A stretch of 64,000 nt of DNA from IMG/VR virus record IMGVR_UViG_3300031853_000001, positions 1 through 64,000 of that record, one strand, 5' to 3'. The position numbers and the translations under genes are program-made. Source of the DNA: a virus (lineage: Duplodnaviria > Caudoviricetes). Positions 57,167 through 64,000 of this stretch are shown piece after piece. How positions within the stretch are numbered: the first letter of the stretch is position 1; each line of letters begins with the position of its first letter. The notes below the pieces were generated by a model that made no database searches, was not told where the DNA came from, and worked only from the letters and a program-made list of their open reading frames with translations.

Positions 57167-57844
57167 ATGTTTAAGTATGAGCAGGAGATTCAGCAGGCTA
57201 ACAAGATTTATCAGGAGCAGTATCAGATTTGCAAGGATGCTTGCAAAGACATGCTTGGAGAGGAAGATTTTATTTATTCCGAAGATGAAGCAATGTGTCG
57301 TTTTATCGCATTTGGTGATGGAGAGTGCATTATTGAAGGATATGAAAACGAAAAGGGAAGTCTTTCGTCTAACGCACGTATAGCCATTAAAAAGTATTAT
57401 GACTTTGTTGAAGGCGAAGGTTATGTTCGTGTAAAAGAGTCCAATCTCTTTTCTATTGAAAGTCTTTTCCCTGCCGCGTCGCTTCCTGTTAAGGAATTTG
57501 ATTTTGCTAATGGCGAAGCCGATTGTCCCGGCCTTTATTTCCTTGGCATGATTGGCCGCAATCCTAATGGTGAAGATTTTTATCTTGTGAAAATCGGTTG
57601 CGCTAAAAACATTAAAGAACGTGTAAATCAATATAGATCTTACAACCCTATGATTTATCATAATAATATTATTTATTGCCCTAATATTGATTTGAGAGAA
57701 GCAGAAAAACAGGCACACCGTGCGCTTGCCGACCTTGCGATTGCTCGCGCTGCTCATGCCATGGAATGGTTTTATGTTGATAAAGAAACTTATTTTGCTC
57801 TGTGTGAAAATCCTTGGCAATATATTTTTGAGGAAGAGGCGTAA
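57167..57844 (+). CDS. Protein with C-terminal GIY-YIG-like (T5orf172/MUG113-type) domain, 225 aa
   Basis: GLYFLG...VKIG...IKERVNQY...E..AH...EWF. Confidence 0.7.
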   Translation: MFKYEQEIQQANKIYQEQYQICKDACKDMLGEEDFIYSEDEAMCRFIAFGDGECIIEGYENEKGSLSSNARIAIKKYYDFVEGEGYVRVKESNLFSIESLFPAASLPVKEFDFANGEADCPGLYFLGMIGRNPNGEDFYLVKIGCAKNIKERVNQYRSYNPMIYHNNIIYCPNIDLREAEKQAHRALADLAIARAAHAMEWFYVDKETYFALCENPWQYIFEEEA

Positions 57845-57963
57845 GCCTTTTCTTTTTAAAAGAAAAGTTAATTAAAATAACCGGACAATTTAAATAACAC
57901 GCTTTTAACTTGACATTTTTCTATATTTCTGTTATACTATATCTAAAGAAAGGGGAATTGTCA

Positions 57964-58161
57964 ATGAAAGTAAAAGATATTGTCGCTCGCGCGCAACAGC
58001 ATATTTCCATTAAAAACGTATTGATTAGAAATGCAAATATGAAAACTTTGCTTTACTTCGGGCCTATCAATACTATTCCCGCTCAATTTCTTAACAAAGA
58101 AGTTACTTGTTATCTTTACAATTCTTCGCGCAAACTTTTCATTTTGAAAATCACCACTTAA
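57964..58161 (+). CDS. Hypothetical protein, 65 aa
   Basis: RBS before MKVKDI; promoter at 57910. Confidence 0.75.
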   Translation: MKVKDIVARAQQHISIKNVLIRNANMKTLLYFGPINTIPAQFLNKEVTCYLYNSSRKLFILKITT

Positions 58162-58294
58162 AAGAACGATTATTCGTTCTTTTAAATTTCTGTAAACTAT
58201 ATCGCCCGGTAATTTTAGTTAATTAAATCTTAACTTGACTTCTATTATTTTACATGATATAATAATACCATCAAGTGAAGGGAGACTAAATAAT

Positions 58295-58504
58295 ATGAGA
58301 ATTACTTGGACTGAAACACACACCATTGAAATTGATGACACTTGGATTAAGGAAATTTTTTCTGAAAATACTTCTGAAGATGCAAGAAACATTATTGAAA
58401 ATAATATGTATGAGATTATATATGAGGTTGAGCGCGCGAACATTTTCCAATACATAAATAATTGGAATGAAATTATTGATTCCATTTGCCAGAAGAATAA
58501 TTAA
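58295..58504 (+). CDS. Acidic hypothetical protein, 69 aa
   Basis: GGAG RBS; promoter at 58235. Confidence 0.75.
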   Translation: MRITWTETHTIEIDDTWIKEIFSENTSEDARNIIENNMYEIIYEVERANIFQYINNWNEIIDSICQKNN

Positions 58505-58579
58505 CCGAATCTTAACTTGACTTTTCCAGCGAACAGGATTATAATATATACAGAAAGAAACGAAAGGGGATTTCACAGT

Positions 58580-58825
58580 ATGGCAATTTACGTTGTCTTT
58601 TCCAACTACTTTAACAGCGGTGTTTTCGGCACCTATTCCAGCGTCAAGCGTGCCCGCATTGCGTTTGAGCACTTCCTCGCGGAAGATGAGGACATTGTGG
58701 CTTTTGAGGATCTCGGCGGCTATTCCTACCAGTTCACTACCAAGATCGGTGAAACCTTCGGTGCGGAAATTGACTTTGATGTTCTTGATGCCGAATTTGT
58801 TGAGGGAGTTTGTAAGGAGGGTTAA
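58580..58825 (+). CDS. Hypothetical protein, 81 aa
   Basis: RBS before MAIYVVF; promoter at 58517. Confidence 0.78.
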   Translation: MAIYVVFSNYFNSGVFGTYSSVKRARIAFEHFLAEDEDIVAFEDLGGYSYQFTTKIGETFGAEIDFDVLDAEFVEGVCKEG

Positions 58826-58831
58826 TAATTT

Positions 58832-59017
58832 ATGAATTGTCTTAAATGTGGTCATACCTTTGCCGGTCCTGATTGTTATAGCACTGAACAGGATGGCGAT
58901 TCTTATACCAACTACATAAGTGCCTATTGCCCTTGGTGCCGCAAGTGGTTTGAATGGATGGAGATTTTCACACTTTCGGAAATCACCCCACCAGAAGAAA
59001 TGGAAGGAGAAGAATAA
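58832..59017 (+). CDS. Zn-ribbon protein, 61 aa
   Basis: CLKC...CPWC..WFEW.E.FT. Confidence 0.78.
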   Translation: MNCLKCGHTFAGPDCYSTEQDGDSYTNYISAYCPWCRKWFEWMEIFTLSEITPPEEMEGEE

Positions 59018-59020
59018 ATT

Positions 59021-59221
59021 ATGAAGTGTCCGAATTGCGGAAATGACGTTTTCTTTGATGAAGTAGTAGACACCGAATATTATACTGGTACACACATTGA
59101 TATTGGTTATGGCACGTGTTCAAAGTGTCATAAAGATTGGGGATGGAGTGAGGTTTTCACTTATTCTAAAGATATTGACATCGAAGAGATGCCGCCCTTG
59201 CCTAATAACGACCATCTTTGA
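59021..59221 (+). CDS. Zn-ribbon protein, tandem paralog of 58832-59017, 66 aa
   Basis: CPNC...CSKC..WGW.E.FT. Confidence 0.78.
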   Translation: MKCPNCGNDVFFDEVVDTEYYTGTHIDIGYGTCSKCHKDWGWSEVFTYSKDIDIEEMPPLPNNDHL

Positions 59222-59303
59222 TGGTCGTTAATTTTATATTAACTACAATTCCCGGACAATTTAATTTACACAACTATAAAAAAATAAGCGCCTAAGCGCT
59301 TAT

Positions 59304-59831
59304 TCACCATCTTTCCGTAACTTCCTCAGACATAGCATAATCAATCAAGCAAGCCTTTCCGTCACGGATTCCCCAATTATAAGAATGAATATCTTTATTA
59401 AATTCTGTCACCCAATTAAATTCATCTTCGGTCAGATAATAATCAATATAATGCCCCTTATGCAACCTACCACCTACATGCTTAATTCGCGGCATAATCA
59501 TAAAATAATAACCCTGATATTCAATAAGCGTAGGTTCAGCCAATAAGTAATCATAGCCCGCTTCTTTGGCTTTCATAAAAGCCTTGTGTTCATCTGCGCA
59601 ACCACCACATTCATAAGCGCATTCTTTATCATAATCCCACTTAATAACATAATCAGAGGTAATCAACGCGATTCACGCAACACCATAATTAAAAAGAACT
59701 TTCCTATGCTTATAAGCATTATAACGCCAAACCGCCTCTTGCGCATCGTATTTATCAGTCAAACAATTACAAATATAAGGGAAAATGTCCTTCAAAAACT
59801 TTGCGGCGCGAATACGATAATCAGACTTCAT
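59304..59831 (-). pseudogene. Minimal protein-kinase-like gene interrupted by one in-frame TGA at 59675-59673
   Basis: Promoter and RBS lead to ATG 59831, in frame with the tracked ORF. Reads YGVA*IALITSDYVIKW...DIHSYNWG...LIDYA. Confidence 0.65.
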
Positions 59832-59958
59832 ATTGATTAACCCCTTTCGTTTTTCTAATATAATTATACAGATAATCCGCTATTTTGTCAAGTTAAAATT
59901 ATGTAAACTACATAATACGTGTACTTTAATTTACACAACTTTAAAATAAAATCCTAAC

Positions 59959-60192
59959 TCAAAGAGTTAGGAAATAAATATTCATTACTATTAAAGCCAA
60001 CCGCATAACCACATTATTAATATGCGGCTTTGTGTGCAAATCCCATATCAAGCCCACCACATTAACAGGCAAGCCAACCCACGCGCCACGATTCCATGCG
60101 ATTATTGCGATTGTGTTAAGTATGGCAAAAATTGCCACTAAATCCATTCGCTCAAACTGATAAGGCGTGGTGATACTGAAAAACTTTTTCAT
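59959..60192 (-). CDS. Small membrane protein, 77 aa
   Basis: Hydrophobic segments; ATGA overlap with the upstream gene. Confidence 0.75.
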   Translation of the reverse strand: MKKFFSITTPYQFERMDLVAIFAILNTIAIIAWNRGAWVGLPVNVVGLIWDLHTKPHINNVVMRLALIVMNIYFLTL

Positions 60193-60413
60193 TCTTCATA
60201 CCTCGTTAAATCATTTTGTGAACGTTGAAAATCAGCATATCCATTCATATAAAAACTTTTATATACTCTAACTGTATAGAATACATAATTAGTTTTTTCA
60301 AACCTAACATCAACTTCTTCAAGTGGGTCAATCTCAATTTTGACGATATAACCATAAATCGGTTTTCCATCTACATTACTAATAAAAGATACCTTATCGC
60401 CAATATTAAACAT
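60189..60413 (-). CDS. Small SH3/KOW-like protein, 74 aa
   Basis: MFNIGDKVSF...GYIVKI start; promoter near 60470. Confidence 0.7.
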   Translation of the reverse strand: MFNIGDKVSFISNVDGKPIYGYIVKIEIDPLEEVDVRFEKTNYVFYTVRVYKSFYMNGYADFQRSQNDLTRYEE

Positions 60414-60538
60414 ATTTTATTTACTCCCTTCATTTGATACTCTAATTATATACTATCCGCGCGCGATTGTCAAGTTAAATAATAATAAATTAAATTACCC
60501 GGGCATTTTAATTAACATACAATTAAAAAAAAGAAGGC

Positions 60539-60862
60539 TTACGCCTTCTTCTCCTTGGCCTTGGCTACCTTAGCAGCCTTCTCAGCTTCCTTGGCCGCCT
60601 TGTTATCAGCCTTGACCCTCTTCTCGGCTTCCCACTCCTGCGCGGCCTCAAAGGGGTCAAACGCCTTGGATACCTTGGTGTCCTTGTAAGCCTTGGACTT
60701 AACAGAAACTTCCGTCCAAACTTCCTGACCGTCAACGACTTGTAGGATAGCAAAGGAACCGTCCGCGAACTTCACGGCCTCATTCTCCATCAGAGAAGGC
60801 ATGATCGCGGCAATAGTCATCTGGCGAGCGGTGGACTTGATTTCGTTAGCATTCATAGACAT
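60539..60862 (-). CDS. Hypothetical protein with K/A/E-rich tail (family B), 107 aa
   Basis: FDPFEAAQEW matches FDGYAAAEDW in 50675-51076. Confidence 0.85.
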   Translation of the reverse strand: MSMNANEIKSTARQMTIAAIMPSLMENEAVKFADGSFAILQVVDGQEVWTEVSVKSKAYKDTKVSKAFDPFEAAQEWEAEKRVKADNKAAKEAEKAAKVAKAKEKKA

Positions 60863-61093
60863 AGTGTAAACCCTTTCTCGTTTTTAGGAGTTTCGTTCTC
60901 CTCTTGATGTATCCATTATAGCAGAGTTTCAGCGGAATGTCAAGTTAAAACTTTGTTAAGTCTTGCTTATCCGTCCTTGCCACTCTTGCCCCTTGGATTG
61001 ATTTAATTATACATCCAAATCCAAGAAAAGTCAAGTTAAACATATGTGAATTAGAAAGACCGGGTAGTTTAAATAACATAAAATTAAAGTGGG

Positions 61094-61447
61094 CTATTCG
61101 CCCACTTTAACCCATTCCATTTCTTTCCAATCATATTCATACAAGCCCACTTCATCCCACGGCAATTCATAGCCAAAATAAGAATAAATCAGTTTTCTAA
61201 CTTCGTGAGAAACAATTTTCTTTACACGAATCTTTTCGCATCTCTCGAAAGCATATTTAATAGCGTATAGACCCTGTTCTACTTCATTCAAGAAAATCCA
61301 AATATACGCACCATTTTTCCCAAAAAAATCATAAGCATTAAAAAATTCGTTCAACAAATCAAAGGCTTTGCTCTCATATTCTTCACATTCTTCCAAATTA
61401 TCAAACTCGGTATCATCATAAGCAACATAAGTAATAATTTCACGCAT
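61094..61447 (-). CDS. Hypothetical protein, 117 aa
   Basis: Promoter near 61505, GGGAG RBS; YVAYDDTEF...EC..YE start. Confidence 0.8.
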   Translation of the reverse strand: MREIITYVAYDDTEFDNLEECEEYESKAFDLLNEFFNAYDFFGKNGAYIWIFLNEVEQGLYAIKYAFERCEKIRVKKIVSHEVRKLIYSYFGYELPWDEVGLYEYDWKEMEWVKVGE

Positions 61448-61622
61448 AACTCATATCTCCCTTGCTTTTCTACATATATAATATCATAAACCCAACCCAA
61501 AGTCAAGTTAAATAATTATAAATTAAAATATCCGGGCACCCTAATTAACACACAATTAACTTGCTTTTTCTTTATTGATATGCTATACTATATACATCAA
61601 ATGAAAGAGAGGTAACACTTCT

Positions 61623-62339
61623 ATGATTGACAAACGCAAGCATTATTATTTGGTTCTTGACACCGAAACCGCGAACGGTTTAGACGATGCTCTTGTATAT
61701 GATTTGGGCGGTTGTGTCGTTGATAAGTCCGGCATAATCTATGCACAATTTTCTTTCACTATTCGCGACATTTTTGTCTATGAGCGCGAAATGATGCGTA
61801 CCGCCTACTATGCGGATAAAATTCCTTCTTATGTGAAGGAACACCATGAGGGCACGCGCAAGATGGTAAGTTTTTACGATGCCCGGCAATATGTTCTCGC
61901 GTTGATGCACGAATACAACATTACAGATGTTTGCGCATATAATGTCAACTTTGACAGGAACGCGCTAAACACAACTCAAAGATGGCTCACCAAGTCCAAG
62001 TATAGGTATTTCTTCCCGCGCAATACTAACTTTATCTGTATTTGGAATATGGCTTGCCAAACCCTTTGCCAGCGCAAAACTTATAAAGAGTTTTGTGAAG
62101 CTAACAACTTTACAAGCAATCGCAAAGGCGCGCCCGATGCCCGCAATTATAGCACAAGTGCGGAAACGGTTTATAGGTATTTGATACTCAATGCCGAATA
62201 TGAAGAGGAACACAAAGGCATTGATGATGTAAAAATTGAAACTTACATTTTTGCCCGTTGTATCGCCGCGCATAAGGCTTTCCCGTATGGCAAAGGAATA
62301 AGACGGAATTGTTGGATGGACGTTAAGAGAACGGTTTAA
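61623..62339 (+). CDS. DEDDh-family 3'-5' exonuclease, paralog of 54519-55511, 238 aa
   Basis: VLDTET, AYNVNFD, HKGIDD; shared SAET.YRYL. Confidence 0.85.
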   Translation: MIDKRKHYYLVLDTETANGLDDALVYDLGGCVVDKSGIIYAQFSFTIRDIFVYEREMMRTAYYADKIPSYVKEHHEGTRKMVSFYDARQYVLALMHEYNITDVCAYNVNFDRNALNTTQRWLTKSKYRYFFPRNTNFICIWNMACQTLCQRKTYKEFCEANNFTSNRKGAPDARNYSTSAETVYRYLILNAEYEEEHKGIDDVKIETYIFARCIAAHKAFPYGKGIRRNCWMDVKRTV

Positions 62340-62428
62340 CCGTTCTCTTTTTTATTAAACATATGTAAACTATAATGCCCGGATATTTTAATTTACATAT
62401 AATTAAAATTAAAGAGGAAAACTCCTCT

Positions 62429-63112
62429 TTAAATAATATTTAATGCCATTAATATTTTTTTCCACAAAGGTGCTAAATGAAAACGCACACTATAATTATA
62501 ATGCTGTTGTATAAGTTTCTTTTCCTCTTCATAGCTTTGAACAAGTTGCAAATAAGATTGATTTATCTTTTTTAATTCTTCAATTTCCTTTTCTTGTTTT
62601 TTATTAATAGTTGCATAATTAATAACTTGTTCAGTCATTGTTTTATCATGCTTATATATTTTATCATATTCATTTTTATTTATATAAAAACGATTATCAT
62701 TTTTTGTATTTTGAGCTAATTTAATAAGTTCATCCATTCTATTAACATCAAAAATTTGCCAAGGATTTTTACACAATTCAAAATATATAGGTTCACTAAC
62801 ATAATACCATTCGCGGCTATAAGAAGGAAGCCCTATTGCAAGCAACTCCAACATTAAATGAGCATAAGTTTCCATGTCATAACCTTTGGGAATAGGTAAT
62901 TTTTTAGTTAAGATATGATGCTCTTGATGAAATAGTTGGCAACTATGGGTTTTATATTGTTTAATACGTCTTGACAAATCTCCGCCCCAGCCAATTTTAA
63001 CAGAACATAACAATTCTCCATCCGGAGTAAGACCACGCTCTCCGAAAAAATATATACCACTATCATGATTATCACATGTAATATTATTGTTACTTAAAAC
63101 TTTCAATGCCAT
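62429..63112 (-). CDS. GIY-YIG-like (T5orf172-type) domain plus coiled coil, 227 aa
   Basis: GIYFFG...VKIG...LSRRIKQY...E..AH...EWY...LCKNPWQ; related to 57167-57844. Confidence 0.7.
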   Translation of the reverse strand: MALKVLSNNNITCDNHDSGIYFFGERGLTPDGELLCSVKIGWGGDLSRRIKQYKTHSCQLFHQEHHILTKKLPIPKGYDMETYAHLMLELLAIGLPSYSREWYYVSEPIYFELCKNPWQIFDVNRMDELIKLAQNTKNDNRFYINKNEYDKIYKHDKTMTEQVINYATINKKQEKEIEELKKINQSYLQLVQSYEEEKKLIQQHYNYSVRFHLAPLWKKILMALNII

Positions 63113-63821
63113 ATTTTTTATTTCCTTTCTTTTGATACCTCAATTATAATACATAAATCATGTTATGTCAAGTTAAATCATTGTAAATCAAACTGTCCGG
63201 GCACTTTATTTTACAAAAAGTCAACAATTAGAAATCACTTTACCATGCTACTATGCTACCATAGCAGTATATTATCACTTTACTATGCTAAAGTGGTAGC
63301 ACTTTACTATACTACTATAGAAAACCTACTATTTGACTTTACTATAAAATTATGTTATACTATTATTAGAGAGGGAGAGGAGGAGCCCTCCTCAGTATAT
63401 TATTAGACAGATAAGCTGGACCGTAGGAGCTGGAATTTTATAGAAGCTGGAAAAGCTGGAACTTCTAATCAGACAACGAGCTGGAAATGTCAAGTATTTG
63501 ACAAGTGAAATTCCAGTTAGCTGGATATCAAGTATTAAACAAGATAAATTTAATTTTGTTAGCGAGTGATGTCAAATATTTGACAAGTTGGAAATCTGAT
63601 CAGTTGAAGCAGGAGCTGGAGAAGTTGGGCGTCTGGCCAAATTATATCAGTTAGACAAATTTTTTATATATATAAAAATATCCCATTTTATTATACTATA
63701 AATTATTTATTTTGTCAAATAAATAATTATTTTTTTTAATTTAAAAAATAAATTAAAATAATTTTAAAATAATAAAAATACTTTTTATTTGAGAAAATAA
63801 AAATAAAAGGAGTTTGAGAAA

Positions 63822-64000
63822 ATGAAAGAAGGGTTACATTTATCAGATGCATTGGAGCTGGAACAACCACGATACGAAAGAGGCCGTTTAAATTTAATAA
63901 ACGCACAAACGGGCCAGGGAAAGACAACCGCCGCAATTCATACAATCCCAGAACAATTGGGTATTGAGCCGCAACGTTGCTTAATTCTAATAGACACAAC
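63822..64000 (+). CDS. SF2 helicase-like / P-loop NTPase, truncated by the window edge
   Basis: AAGGAG RBS, ATG 63822; MKEGLHLSDAL...LNLINAQTGQGKTT (Walker A)...CLILID. Confidence 0.7.
   Translation, partial: MKEGLHLSDALELEQPRYERGRLNLINAQTGQGKTTAAIHTIPEQLGIEPQRCLILIDT

Larger units (their letters stand above)
42487..63214. repeat. Dispersed palindromic intergenic element, 39 copies: core GTWAATTA-N6-CCGG-N6-TAATTWAC (32 bp), usually flanked by TTAA 6 bp out on each side (52 bp)
   Basis: Core starts at 42487, 42999, 43515, 43874, 44177, 44491, 44810, 45202, 45652, 46012, 46335, 46653, 47023, 47299, 47563, 47858, 48235, 48580, 49034, 49809, 50378, 51099, 52214, 52822, 53791, 54382, 55536, 56223, 56554, 57044, 57867, 58192, 59238, 59903, 60485, 61046, 61518, 62365, 63183. 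Length is fixed and the central CG is invariant. Confidence 0.93.
42570..63365. promoter_or_regulatory. Roughly 45-50 near-consensus sigma70/sigmaA promoters (often TTAAC-TTGACW-N17-TATAAT/TATACT, many with extended TGn)
   Basis: Examples: 43042 TTGACT-N17-TATAAT, 43917, 44853, 47342, 50598, 52360, 53340, 56608; mirror copies (GTCAAGTTAA) precede minus-strand genes near 44795, 59890, 60470, 60940, 61505 and 63170. Confidence 0.9.

Noticed and set aside
45690-59095. Long upstream extensions and antisense ORFs in the early region (e.g. 49807, 55652, 57068-57820, 58286-59095, 53015-53245)
   Set aside because: The extensions run through promoters and better RBS-ATG starts lie downstream; 53015-53245 overlaps the tRNA.
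59673-59675. Genome-wide stop-codon reassignment
   Set aside because: Only one internal TGA was found. Long genes are intact in code 11 and several end normally in TGA or TAG.
42487-63214. CRISPR array interpretation of the palindromic repeats
   Set aside because: Repeats are degenerate and separated by 0.3-1.2 kb of genes, not 30-40-bp spacers; no cas genes.
42487-63214. Classical integron attC sites or REP hairpins
   Set aside because: No RYYYAAC...GTTRRRY arrangement. The N6 segments are mostly not complementary, so stable ssDNA hairpins are unlikely. The units carry their own promoters and no integrase is seen.
63736-63999. Minus-strand 87-aa ORF
   Set aside because: Antisense to the helicase-like gene, which has an RBS and Walker A motif.

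Overview
Segment of a large, AT-rich tailed phage genome, probably a long-tailed siphovirus of a Firmicutes host (no sheath gene seen). The gene order resembles the SPbeta/c-st-type morphogenesis block (inference). Bases 1-40.3 kb (minus strand) hold the virion module: putative TerS, a TerL split by two group I introns that each carry a Zn-ribbon/Vsr-like endonuclease ORF, portal, protease/scaffold, decoration protein, major capsid, neck proteins, two paralogous tail-tube-like proteins, a 5,612-aa tape measure protein, a Dit-like protein and a truncated minor tail protein. Bases 40.5-63.2 kb are an early/accessory region of about 55 small genes, a tRNA-Lys and several candidate small RNAs, mostly built as units of promoter, gene and terminator. 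The most striking feature is a ~52-bp dyad-symmetric site (TTAA-N6-GTWAATTA-N6-CCGG-N6-TAATTWAC-N6-TTAA) present in 39 copies between these units, including at convergent junctions with no promoter. This suggests a gene-cassette array or a protein-binding lattice; no recombinase is visible in the window. Other highlights are a group I intron with an apparent C-A wobble 5' splice site and a pseudoknotted ~170-nt RNA leader. A helicase-like gene starts at the right edge. All calls are by eye, with no database searches.
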